Assembly (NCBI RefSeq): GCF_044054585.1
Contig: NZ_CP171968.1
Coordinates: forward strand, 4,484,740 to 4,516,739
Source of the DNA: Arthrobacter sp. UC242_113
GTDB taxonomy: Bacteria; Actinomycetota; Actinomycetes; Actinomycetales; Micrococcaceae
Reading direction: 5' to 3'
Length of the DNA stretch: 32,000 nt
Shown here: piece by piece, positions 1-8,179 of the stretch
Numbering within the stretch: the first letter of the stretch is position 1
Layout of the letters: every line of letters starts with the position of its first letter
Position numbers and translations under genes: made by a program
The notes under the pieces: model-generated
Told to the model about the DNA's origin: nothing
Databases searched by the model: none
The model's input: the letters and a program-made list of their open reading frames with translations, nothing else

Positions 1-920
1 CACCAGCGCACGATGGTGCCCAGGTTCTCCTTCTCGAGGGCACCGCCGATCCCGTAGCCGTCGAAGGCCATGGCACCGAGGTCGCGGCAGGCCTTGCGGC
101 GCAGGTCCTCGTACTGGGCGCCTTGGATTACGCCGAACAGCGCCTGGTACGGCTTGCCCAGGCGTTCGTCAGTGAGCCGGAAGTGCTCCTCGATGCACCG
201 CAAAGCCCAGCGCCGGGTGCGCTCCAGCGATTCCTCCTGGTAGCCCCGCGAGTTCTGCAGCGTGGTGAGCTCGTCGAAGGCGAACATGATGTCTGCGCCG
301 ATCTGATGCTGGACCTGCATGGAGATCTCGGGCGAGAAGCGGTGGCGGTCCCCGTTGAGGTGGCTCTTGAACCACACGCCGTCCTCGTCCACATGGGCCA
401 GCCGCTCCTTGCCCGGCGCCACAGCGTCGTCGGGGACGGCGGTATCCGCCACCGGCACCGTCTTCATGTCGATGACCTTCTTGAACCCCGAGCCAAGGCT
501 CATCACCTGGAAGCCGCCGGAATCCGTGAAGGTGGGACCGCGCCAGTTCATGAAGGCGCCCAGGCCGCCGGCTTCGTCCAGGATTTCGGGGCCGGGCTGC
601 AGGTACAGGTGGTAGGCGTTGGCCAGCAGGGCCTGGGCGCCGAGTTCGGCCATGGACTCGGGAAGCACGGATTTCACTGTGGCTTTGGTGCCGACGGCGA
701 TGAAGGCCGGCGTCTGGATCTCCCCGTGCGGGGTGGTGATGGTGCCGGTCCGGCCCAGGAACCCGCCTCCGTTGGCGCTCTCCTGTTCCGGGGCGGGGCT
801 GCATGTTTCAGTGAGCCGCTTGCCCACCCGGAAGGAGAACTCCGACTGGCGGGCGGCCGGCACCGGTGCAGAGGGGGAAAGCGGTGCAGGCGGAAGGGAC
901 GGTTCAGGATTGGCTGGCAC
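1..920 (-). CDS. tgt: tRNA-guanine transglycosylase (queuine tRNA-ribosyltransferase), 3' end off the window
   Basis: This frame is absent from the ORF track because it runs off the left edge. My minus-strand translation reads ...EFSFRVGKRLTETCSPAPEQESANGGGFLGRTGTITTPHGEIQTPAFIAVGTKATVKSV...FTDSGGFQVMSLG...IGADIMFAFDELT...FGVIQGAQYEDLRRKACRDLGAMAFDGYGIGGALEKENLGTIVRW. It carries the TGT hallmarks DSGGFQ and GYGIGG. An in-frame stop lies just upstream of GTG 920. The start is GTG 920 or GTG 863, undecided. Confidence 0.85.
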   Translation of the reverse strand, partial: MPANPEPSLPPAPLSPSAPVPAARQSEFSFRVGKRLTETCSPAPEQESANGGGFLGRTGTITTPHGEIQTPAFIAVGTKATVKSVLPESMAELGAQALLANAYHLYLQPGPEILDEAGGLGAFMNWRGPTFTDSGGFQVMSLGSGFKKVIDMKTVPVADTAVPDDAVAPGKERLAHVDEDGVWFKSHLNGDRHRFSPEISMQVQHQIGADIMFAFDELTTLQNSRGYQEESLERTRRWALRCIEEHFRLTDERLGKPYQALFGVIQGAQYEDLRRKACRDLGAMAFDGYGIGGALEKENLGTIVRW

Positions 921-953
921 TGTTCAAGTGTCCCAGCTAGCAGCCGGGGACTC

Positions 954-1679
954 TTACTGGAGGGGTTCTGATGTGGGGTAGTTCTCAGAGCGCCAGTCGT
1001 CCCACAGCGAGCGGATGGTCTCCATGCTGTTCGCGCCGAGATCGTACAGCGAGAGGATCACCAGCGATCCGCCGTCGGGCCTTTTCTCGGGAATCACGGG
1101 CTGGTCGGCCACGATCAGCAGGCCCTCACCGTGCTCGGCGTAACTGTGTACGGTGAGCCCCACCTGGTGGTTGGTCTTGTGCCAGACCCTGCCCGAGACT
1201 TCCTCGCCGGTGCCCAGGGTCAGGGAATACTCTTCGCCGGGCGCGGGGATGTCCTTGAGCCCGAGTTTCTCGATGGCGGACCCGCCGCTGCCGGGGACGG
1301 AGAAATAGCAGGTCCGGCGCTTGCCGTGGGGATGGCGCTCCAGCGCAAACCTCAGCTGCTGCAGGAAGATGAGCCATCCTTGGGTGATGTCCTCGTCCCA
1401 CGCGGCCCATTCCGAGTTGTGGTCCACGCCTGCGCGGGTGACACTGACCTCTGTCCCGGTGGGCACGGGTTTCAGCGTGAAGACGTCGCCGCCGTCGACC
1501 GTCAGTGCGGTGTGGTCCGGGCCCTCGACCACATTTTTGCCGAAGTAGATTTCATTGATTTCCGCCGCCAATTCATCAGCTTCCCAGCCATGCCACTGCG
1601 CGATTTTCGAGGGTTCGCGCAGCATCGTCCAAACCTGCGGCGCGTCCGAATTGATCACAACGCTGAGATTGTTCGTCAT
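954..1679 (-). CDS. SRPBCC/AHSA1-like domain protein (function unknown)
   Basis: 241-aa track ORF with coding-like composition. The N-terminal region (VINSDAPQVWTMLREPSKIAQWHGWEADEL) resembles SRPBCC ligand-binding folds. The assignment is from memory only. Confidence 0.55.
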   Translation of the reverse strand: MTNNLSVVINSDAPQVWTMLREPSKIAQWHGWEADELAAEINEIYFGKNVVEGPDHTALTVDGGDVFTLKPVPTGTEVSVTRAGVDHNSEWAAWDEDITQGWLIFLQQLRFALERHPHGKRRTCYFSVPGSGGSAIEKLGLKDIPAPGEEYSLTLGTGEEVSGRVWHKTNHQVGLTVHSYAEHGEGLLIVADQPVIPEKRPDGGSLVILSLYDLGANSMETIRSLWDDWRSENYPTSEPLQ

Positions 1680-1770
1680 GGCCTGAATCTACAACTTGGG
1701 GTGCAACCCGGGCTAGAGGAAATGCGGGTCGAAAACGGGTTCAGTCGTCCCCGGGCAGGCCCGGAGCTGC

Positions 1771-2889
1771 TTAGGCCCGCACGGACTCCAGCTCGTTCGC
1801 AATCCGCCGCTCCAGTTCTGATCCGCTGATGGTCTGCGATCCGCCGTGGGCGCGCAGGAACAGCAGCGATTCCAGGCGCAGCAGCCGCCACTCGCGCTCC
1901 GCCTCATGGTTGGAGTTGTCGATGGAGCGGAAGATCTCTTTGTCGTACAGGTTCGGCTCGTTGAGTGAGCGCTGGCGCACCCTGGCCTGCATCCGCGCCT
2001 TGAACGGGTCCGTCTCCTGGTTGTCCGGTGCCCGGAGCAGCTTCTCATACACGGCGGCGCGGTCCTTCTGCCCCGTCTGGCGGCACACGTAGCTGGACAG
2101 CGCGAGCGACGCCTCCACCGACCCCCAGCGGCCCGGGTTGCCGTCGAAGGGCAGCACGTTCAGCAGGTCGGCGACCGCCAGCGCGGCTTCGGCGTCCTTG
2201 AGCATGACGAACAGCTCATGCGCGAGGTCGCTCAGGTCCTTCAGGCAACTGCCGGACTTGGTGTTGATGCCCTTGACCAGCTTGTCGGCCAGCAGTTGCA
2301 CCCCGCTGGAGTCCGGATGGGCCTCCGCCACGGCTTCCACCACGGATTCAGGCGTTCCGGAGGGCTCCGGGATGAGGGCAAGATCGTCGGCGCTGGGGCC
2401 GATCACCACCGGAGTGGTGGACGGCAGTGGGGGCACGACGACGGCGGCAGGCGCCGTGCGCGCAGGCTCGCCGGCTGCTTGGTTCCCCGCTACGGAGTCC
2501 CCGACTACGGAAAGGGGAGTGCCGGCGTCGGATGCTTGGGCGCTCGCCGTTTGGGCGGCACCGTCCGCCGTTGCAGCGCCGTCTGCGGTGGCGGCACGAT
2601 CGACGACGGCAGCGGTCTTTGCAGCGTCATTCACGGCGTCTTCCGGGGCGGGGAAGCCGTCATCCGCGGGTTCAGGGATCCGCACGGACGAGCCGGCAGC
2701 GATGCGCAGCGTGCCGCCGCCGGTGAGGGTCGCAAGGATAATGGCGGGGCTGCCGAAATCATCGGTTTCGACTTCCACGCTGTGGATTTCCGCGGACCGC
2801 TCGCCATCCGGCAGGAGCAGGTGGTCGCCCGCCCGCAGAGAGCCCGCCTGCTGTTCACGGAAGGTCTTGGCAGCTGCAGGGTGGTTCAT
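1771..2889 (-). CDS. hypothetical protein with a central Ala/Pro-rich low-complexity linker
   Basis: 372-aa ORF made of a globular N-terminal segment, an ATADGAATADGAAQTASAQAS linker and a helical C-terminal domain. I recognise no catalytic motif. Confidence 0.55.
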   Translation of the reverse strand: MNHPAAAKTFREQQAGSLRAGDHLLLPDGERSAEIHSVEVETDDFGSPAIILATLTGGGTLRIAAGSSVRIPEPADDGFPAPEDAVNDAAKTAAVVDRAATADGAATADGAAQTASAQASDAGTPLSVVGDSVAGNQAAGEPARTAPAAVVVPPLPSTTPVVIGPSADDLALIPEPSGTPESVVEAVAEAHPDSSGVQLLADKLVKGINTKSGSCLKDLSDLAHELFVMLKDAEAALAVADLLNVLPFDGNPGRWGSVEASLALSSYVCRQTGQKDRAAVYEKLLRAPDNQETDPFKARMQARVRQRSLNEPNLYDKEIFRSIDNSNHEAEREWRLLRLESLLFLRAHGGSQTISGSELERRIANELESVRA

Positions 2890-2974
2890 CGGGAGTCCTT
2901 AAGTTCTCTTGCGGTCCGCCCAACAGTCTACAAAGGCGAGGGTGCGAAGTCGGGGAGGCGCGGGCGCCCGGGCG

Positions 2975-3514
2975 TCAGCTGCCGACGCCGGCGTAGGCCA
3001 GGGCCTGCTTCACCAGGGCGCCGCGGCCGCCGGCAAACTCGAGCTGCACGCCGTCGCTGAGCACTTCCTGGGGTGTCATCCAGGTCAGCTCCAGTGCGTC
3101 CTGGCGGGGGTCGCATTCGCCGGTGACGGGGATGATGTAGGCGAGTGACACGGCGTGCTGGCGGTCGTCGGTGAAGCCGGTGTGGGACGGTGCGGGGAAG
3201 TATTCGGCCACGGTGAAGGGCACCGGGCTGATGGGGAGCTGGGGGAATGCCAGCGGGCCGAGGTCCTTTTCCATGTGCCGCAGCAGGGCGGCGCGGATGG
3301 TCTCGCGGTAGAGCACCCGGCCGGAGACGAGAGACCGGACCATGGTGCCGTCCTCGTCCGCCTGCAGGAGCGTGCCCACCTCATTCACGAACCCGAGTGG
3401 ATCCAGCCGGACCGGCACCGCCTCCACGTAGACCATCGGAAGCCTGCCTCGGGCTTCGAAGAGATCTTCGTCCGAGAGCCAGCCGGGGTTGGGGTCAGGG
3501 GTGCGCACGTTCAT
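2975..3514 (-). CDS. NUDIX-fold-like protein (DUF4916-like)
   Basis: 179-aa ORF. GWLSDEDLFEARGRLPMVYVEAVPVRLD...VGTLLQADEDG resembles actinobacterial DUF4916/NUDIX-related proteins. I did not see a canonical GX5EX7REUXEEXGU box. Confidence 0.5.
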   Translation of the reverse strand: MNVRTPDPNPGWLSDEDLFEARGRLPMVYVEAVPVRLDPLGFVNEVGTLLQADEDGTMVRSLVSGRVLYRETIRAALLRHMEKDLGPLAFPQLPISPVPFTVAEYFPAPSHTGFTDDRQHAVSLAYIIPVTGECDPRQDALELTWMTPQEVLSDGVQLEFAGGRGALVKQALAYAGVGS

Positions 3515-3617
3515 GAGTCATTTTTACCCCATTGCCACAGGTCCGGCCGCCGAGGCGTGAGATTCCACCGCTTAGAGGCGGCCAAAGCGACGAGATCTCA
3601 CCCCTCGATTTGCCGCC

Positions 3618-3673
3618 CTACGACGGGCGCCGGGCCGAGGGGAGCGGGGGGCTACGACGGGCGCCGGGCCGAG
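3618..3673. repeat. 22-bp direct repeat (34-bp period) straddling a stop codon
   Basis: CTACGACGGGCGCCGGGCCGAG occurs at 3618-3639 and 3652-3673. The second copy encodes the last 7 codons including the TAG stop of the VOC gene. Confidence 0.85.
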
Positions 3674-4380
3674 ATCCAGAGCGGTGCCCGCTGGGCTGCC
3701 GCGCCGCCGTTGTCCGGGTGCGGCACATGCAGGGTGCGTCCGAAGGCCTCCTCGGTCAGCGTAACGTCGTGTCCCGCGGCAGAGAGTCGGTCCTGCAGGG
3801 CGCTAAGGTCCCCGGTGTACTCGAACCCCAGCCCCGCGTGCGCCGCGCCGGTACCGGGCCGGGCCATCAGGACACCGCCGTTCTTGGCCGTGAAGTCGGC
3901 GGTTTCGTCGTCGTCCGGGACCGGCCGGAAACGCGCGCCGATGTCCCGCAGTGCCTGGGCGGCGGCGGTCACATCCTCGCTGAACCAGACCTCTACCACG
4001 GCGAGTGCCGGATCCGCATCCGCGCAGTTGGCCCCGTGGGCGGCCTTGTCCGCGAAGAAGCTGAAGCCGTCCGCACCCGTGATCCGGCAGGAGTCGCCGC
4101 GGTCCGCCCGGACGAGCTCGGCGGAGGAGGTGTCCGCTTCCGCGCCGGACTGGTTGGTCCGCCGGGCAAACTCCTCAAGGTCACCGACCTCCACGCCAAA
4201 GTGCGTGACGCCGTCCTCCGCCGTGCCCGGCTCGGCCTGGTGCAGCGCCAGCCGGCCCGCCCCGGCGTCGTACTCCCGCCAGGAGCCCTCATCGGTGGAC
4301 TTGATCATCCCCAGGTCGGTGAGGAGCCGCTCCCAGGGTTCAACCCGGGACGTAAAGTGGATGGGACGGACACGAAGCAT
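3652..4380 (-). CDS. two-domain VOC (glyoxalase/bleomycin-resistance-like) family protein
   Basis: This is the C-terminal 242 aa of track ORF 3652..5214. ATG 4380 is preceded by GAGGAGAGAGC, a strong SD. The upstream part of the track ORF is antisense to the YdeI-like gene and is Arg/Gly-rich noise. Sequence MLRVRPIHFTSRVEPWERLLTDLGM...THFGVEVGDLEEF is VOC-like. Confidence 0.55.
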   Translation of the reverse strand: MLRVRPIHFTSRVEPWERLLTDLGMIKSTDEGSWREYDAGAGRLALHQAEPGTAEDGVTHFGVEVGDLEEFARRTNQSGAEADTSSAELVRADRGDSCRITGADGFSFFADKAAHGANCADADPALAVVEVWFSEDVTAAAQALRDIGARFRPVPDDDETADFTAKNGGVLMARPGTGAAHAGLGFEYTGDLSALQDRLSAAGHDVTLTEEAFGRTLHVPHPDNGGAAAQRAPLWISARRPS

Positions 4381-4521
4381 GCTCTCTCCTCGAACTCGTA
4401 ACACCAGGATCTTCGAAAACGGCGCCGACATGGCCATGATGCCACGTCTTGAATCGCGAAACACCGGGTTAACCAGCGGGTGCCGGGTTGAATCGAGGGG
4501 CACTGCGGGCAGAATAGGCGC

Positions 4522-5130
4522 ATGGCTGTGGAACTCGAGGAACTGCTGATGCCCGACGCCGCCGCGTGGCGGACGTGGCTGGAATCCCACCACAGCGACA
4601 GCCCCGGCGTCTGGCTGGTCCTGCACAAAAAGGGCGGCAACGTCACCGAACTCGACTACGATGCCGCCCTGGACGAGGCGCTTTGCTTCGGCTGGATCGA
4701 CGGCCAGGTAAAGAAGCGCGACGGCGACAGCTACCTTCAGCGCATGACCCGCCGGGGTGCGAAGAGCCCCTGGTCGGAACGGAACGTCGGCCACGTGGCC
4801 CGGCTCGAGGCGGAAGGGAAGATGACAGGTCCGGGCCGTGCCGCCGTCGACGCCGCCAAAGCCGACGGCCGCTGGGAGGCCGCCTATGCGGGACCGGCGA
4901 CGGCGGAGGTTCCGGCGGATCTGGCTGCCGCGATCGCCGCCGTGCCCGAGGCGCAGGCCATGTTCGATGTGCTGACCTCGGTGAACCGGTACGCGCTGAT
5001 CTACCGGACCAATTCGGTCAAGCAGGCCTCCACCCGGGCGCGCAAGATCGCCGGGTTTGTCGAGATGCTGGCCCGCGGCGAGACGCCGTATCCGCAGAAG
5101 AAGCGCCCGGCGCAGAATCCCGCTGGTTGA
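4522..5130 (+). CDS. YdeI/OmpD-associated family protein
   Basis: 202-aa ORF. AWRTWLESHHSDSPGVWLVLHKKG...LDEALCFGWIDGQVKKRD...SPWSERN and the C-terminal FDVLTSVNRYALIYRTNSVKQASTRARKIAGFVEMLARGE are typical of the YdeI family. Confidence 0.75.
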   Translation: MAVELEELLMPDAAAWRTWLESHHSDSPGVWLVLHKKGGNVTELDYDAALDEALCFGWIDGQVKKRDGDSYLQRMTRRGAKSPWSERNVGHVARLEAEGKMTGPGRAAVDAAKADGRWEAAYAGPATAEVPADLAAAIAAVPEAQAMFDVLTSVNRYALIYRTNSVKQASTRARKIAGFVEMLARGETPYPQKKRPAQNPAG

Positions 5131-5161
5131 GCCTGGTGCTTCGTTCCGCTGGTTGAGCCTG
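5120..5161. repeat. 16-bp direct repeat (26-bp period) straddling a stop codon
   Basis: CCGCTGGTTGAGCCTG occurs at 5120-5135 and 5146-5161. The first copy contains the TGA stop (5128-5130) of the YdeI-like gene. Confidence 0.85.
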
Positions 5162-5235
5162 TCGAAACCCCGCAACCGGATCGAAAAGGCCGTCCGCGAT
5201 AAAATTGGTGCCAACTCCCAACACGAACGGCGAAC

Positions 5236-6930
5236 ATGCAGCGGTATTCCCTACTCACGCTGGGCCCGCGCGGGCGGTGGATTGCGGCGGCAGTGGTCCT
5301 GGCTCTGGTGCTGGCCGCGGCTGCGGTGATCGGTCTGGCCGGGCGTTCCGGCGACACTGGAACGCCCGGCGGCCCCGGATCCCAAAGCAGCGGCCCCCAA
5401 AGCGGCGGCGCCCAGGGTGAAGCCCCGAAGTCGTTCAGCAGGCCTGAGGGCGCGCAGTTCCGGCCCTCCTACCACCTCACTCCCGCCAAGGAGTGGATGA
5501 ACGATCCGCAGCGGCCGTTCCTGCTGGACGGGGTGTGGCACTACTACTACCTCTACAACGCGGACCACCCCGAGGGTAACGGCACCGAATGGTTCCACGT
5601 CACCAGCACCGACCTGGTGCACTGGAAGGACGAGGGCATTGCCATTGAGAAGTTCAAGAACGGCCTCGGGGACATTGAGACCGGCAGCGCCGTGGTGGAC
5701 CAGGACAACACCGCCGGCTTCGGCAAGGGCGCGGTCGTCGCCGTCATGACCCAGCAGGACAAGGGCGTGCAGCGGCAGTCCCTGTTCTACTCCACGGACA
5801 AGGGCTACACGTTTAAGGCCGCCGACGGGAACCCGGTCATGGAGAACCCCGGCGCGAAGCACTGGCGCGATCCCAAGATCATCCGTGACGAGGCCCGCGG
5901 ACAGTGGGTCATGGCGTTGGCCGAGGGGGAGAAGATCGGCATGTACTCCTCAAAGGACCTCAAGGACTGGCGCTACATATCCGGCTTCGAGCGCAAGGGC
6001 CTGGGGATCCTCGAATGCCCGGACCTCTTCCAGCTGGACCCCGACGGCGACCCCGCCAAGCGCACCTGGGTCCTCGCCGCAAGCGCGAACGGCACCGCGG
6101 AAGGCCGGACCGCCGGCGTGGCCTACTGGACCGGGACCTTTGACGGAACCGCGTTCACCCCGGTAGATGACAAACACCAGTGGCTCGACGCCGGCGCCGA
6201 CTTTTATGCCGCCGTCACCTGGGACGATCCCCGGCTGCCGGAAAACGAACGGATGGCGTCGCGCCACGCGATCGGCTGGATGAACAACTGGACCTACGCC
6301 CGTCAGCTGCCCACCACCGACTGGCAGGGCGGCGCCGACTCCATCGTGCGGGACATCCGGCTGAAGACCGTGCAGGGCCGGCCCACGCTCGTGTCCACGC
6401 CCACTCCGGCGCTGTCCGCGCTGGACGGCGAAGCCAAGACCGCCGGCAGCAGGGCGCTGACTCCGGAGGGCGCCGGCGAGCTTCCCGTGCCCGCAGGGGG
6501 CGCCTACCGGCTGGACGTGACCCTCGAACGTGCATCGGGCGACGACGGCACGGAGGGCCTGCTGAAGCTTGGCAGCGGCGGGGCGGACTATGCCACGGTG
6601 GGCTACAACTTCGAGGAAGGCACGGCATGGGTGAGCCGGGCTGCAGTGGTGCCCGGCGCGGAGGCACTGGGCCCGCTCTTCACCGACCGGAGGAGCGCCC
6701 AAAGCCCGCCCCGGAACGGCAGCTCGCAGGGCAGGGGCAGCGTGGACCTGACCATCTTCGTGGACTATTCCTCGGTGGAGGTCTTCGTGAACGGCGGGGA
6801 GCAGACCCTGACGTCGGTGGTGCTGCCTAAGCCCGGGCAGCCGGCGGTCAGCGCCGCCACCGCCGGCGGGAAGCTGACGCTGAAATCGTTCAAGTACACC
6901 CCGCTGGCCACCGTGCTGACGGCACGCTAA
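5236..6930 (+). CDS. glycoside hydrolase family 32 (beta-fructofuranosidase/levanase-type), N-terminal membrane anchor or signal
   Basis: All three GH32 catalytic motifs are present: WMNDPQ, WRDPKI (RDP) and ILECPDLF (EC). There is an N-terminal hydrophobic segment (WIAAAVVLALVLAAAAVIGLAG), then a Gly/Ser/Pro linker, and a C-terminal beta-sandwich-length extension. Confidence 0.9.
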   Translation: MQRYSLLTLGPRGRWIAAAVVLALVLAAAAVIGLAGRSGDTGTPGGPGSQSSGPQSGGAQGEAPKSFSRPEGAQFRPSYHLTPAKEWMNDPQRPFLLDGVWHYYYLYNADHPEGNGTEWFHVTSTDLVHWKDEGIAIEKFKNGLGDIETGSAVVDQDNTAGFGKGAVVAVMTQQDKGVQRQSLFYSTDKGYTFKAADGNPVMENPGAKHWRDPKIIRDEARGQWVMALAEGEKIGMYSSKDLKDWRYISGFERKGLGILECPDLFQLDPDGDPAKRTWVLAASANGTAEGRTAGVAYWTGTFDGTAFTPVDDKHQWLDAGADFYAAVTWDDPRLPENERMASRHAIGWMNNWTYARQLPTTDWQGGADSIVRDIRLKTVQGRPTLVSTPTPALSALDGEAKTAGSRALTPEGAGELPVPAGGAYRLDVTLERASGDDGTEGLLKLGSGGADYATVGYNFEEGTAWVSRAAVVPGAEALGPLFTDRRSAQSPPRNGSSQGRGSVDLTIFVDYSSVEVFVNGGEQTLTSVVLPKPGQPAVSAATAGGKLTLKSFKYTPLATVLTAR

Positions 6931-7015
6931 ACGAGCCGCCCGGAAGCAATTAGGCGCGGCGGCGCGCCACACCGAGCGGCGCGCCAGGCGGCGCCGGCCG
7001 AGCCTCAGCGAAACG

Positions 7016-8179
7016 TCAGGCGGACTCGAGCGGGAACGCCACGGCTTCGCCCACCACGCGCAGGCAGAGTTCCGTGCCGGGCTGCGCGATGGACGCGTTC
7101 CAGTGCCGGATGGTGATGACTTCGCCGCCGCCGGGGTAGCGGTGGTCGGGCATGGCACCGGCCAGCTTGGGCGGCACGGCGAGCTTGAGCCGCACGGTGG
7201 TCTCGGGTCCGAAATAGTCGGTGTCCACAACCACGCCGCGGATGGGCCCGTCTTCGGCAATGCGAATCTGCTCCGGACGCAGCATGAGCTGGACGCGGCC
7301 CTGTGCGGGCGGCCGCCGGACCGGGATCCCGCCCAGCGAGCAGGTGGCCAGCGACCCCTCCATCCACGCGTCGAGGATGACCGCATCGCCCAGGAACTCG
7401 GCCGTGGCTCGGTCCGCCGGCCGGGTGTACACCACGAACGGGTTGCCGATCTGTGCCAGCTTGCCGCCCCGCATCACCGCCACCTGGTCCGCGAAGGACA
7501 GCGCCTCGGCCTGGTCGTGGGTGACCAGGATGGTGGTCACCCCGGCCTCGCTGAGGACCTTGGCCACCGCCCGCCGCGTGGCGACCCGCAGCCCGGCGTC
7601 AAGGGCGGAGAACGGCTCGTCCAGCAGCATGAGTTCGGGTTCCCGGGCCAGCGCACGGGCCAGGGCGACGCGCTGCTGCTGGCCGCCGGAGAGCTGGTGC
7701 GGCCGGCGCTTGGCCATGGCCGTGTCCAGCGACACCATTTCGAGGAGTTCGTTGACCCGGGCGTTAACCGCGCGTCGGCCGCCGTCGAGCTTTGCCGCGC
7801 TGAGCCCGAACGCGATGTTCTGCCCCACGGTCAGGTGCGGGAACAGGGCGCCGTCCTGGGCCACATAGCCGACGTGGCGCTTGTGCGCCGGCTTCCACAC
7901 GCCGTCGCCCGCCACCGGGGAACCGTTCAGCGAGATGCTGCCGGTGCCCGGGTGTTCAAAGCCCGCGATCAGCCGGAGCAGGGTGGTCTTGCCGGAACCC
8001 GACGGGCCCACAATCGCGGTGGTTCCGCCCTTGGCCACGGACAGGTTCACGCCCTTGAGGACGGCCTGCGAGCCGAAGTTCTTGGTGACGGAGTCGATCT
8101 CCAGGTGGCTGTTGGTGCTTGGCGCCACGGACCGTGAGATCCGCGGTTCCGGAAGCCTGGACGGGGATTGTTCGGTCAC
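7016..8179 (-). CDS. ABC transporter ATP-binding protein, Fe(3+)/polyamine (FbpC/PotA) type
   Basis: Walker A GPSGSGKTT, signature LSGGQQQRVALARAL, Walker B LMLLDEPFSALD, plus a C-terminal TOBE-like extension. The start overlaps the permease stop by 4 nt. Confidence 0.9.
   Translation of the reverse strand: MTEQSPSRLPEPRISRSVAPSTNSHLEIDSVTKNFGSQAVLKGVNLSVAKGGTTAIVGPSGSGKTTLLRLIAGFEHPGTGSISLNGSPVAGDGVWKPAHKRHVGYVAQDGALFPHLTVGQNIAFGLSAAKLDGGRRAVNARVNELLEMVSLDTAMAKRRPHQLSGGQQQRVALARALAREPELMLLDEPFSALDAGLRVATRRAVAKVLSEAGVTTILVTHDQAEALSFADQVAVMRGGKLAQIGNPFVVYTRPADRATAEFLGDAVILDAWMEGSLATCSLGGIPVRRPPAQGRVQLMLRPEQIRIAEDGPIRGVVVDTDYFGPETTVRLKLAVPPKLAGAMPDHRYPGGGEVITIRHWNASIAQPGTELCLRVVGEAVAFPLESA

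Noticed and set aside
3155-4549. 464-aa plus-strand ORF, and many similar long ORFs: 5950..7386 (-), 8119..9807 (+), 11159..12373 (+), 16217..18139 (-), 20810..22039 (+), 21642..22868 (+), 25096..26325 (+), 27078..28514 (+), 28560..30389 (+), 30232..31491 (+)
   Set aside because: Each lies antisense to a gene with clear family motifs. Each has the Arg/Gly/Pro/Ala-rich, low-information composition typical of stop-free shadow frames in ~68% GC DNA. None shows a recognisable motif or a convincing RBS.
4381-5214. N-terminal 278 aa of track ORF 3652..5214 (-)
   Set aside because: This part overlaps the well-supported YdeI-like gene on the opposite strand and has noise-like composition. A strong SD plus ATG at 4380 gives a sensible 242-aa VOC protein.
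6953-6986. GGCGCGCC...GGCGCGCC hairpin as terminator between GH32 and the ABC ATPase gene
   Set aside because: The stem is only 8 bp, formed by two copies of a self-palindromic octamer, with no U-tract. This is too weak to report as a feature.
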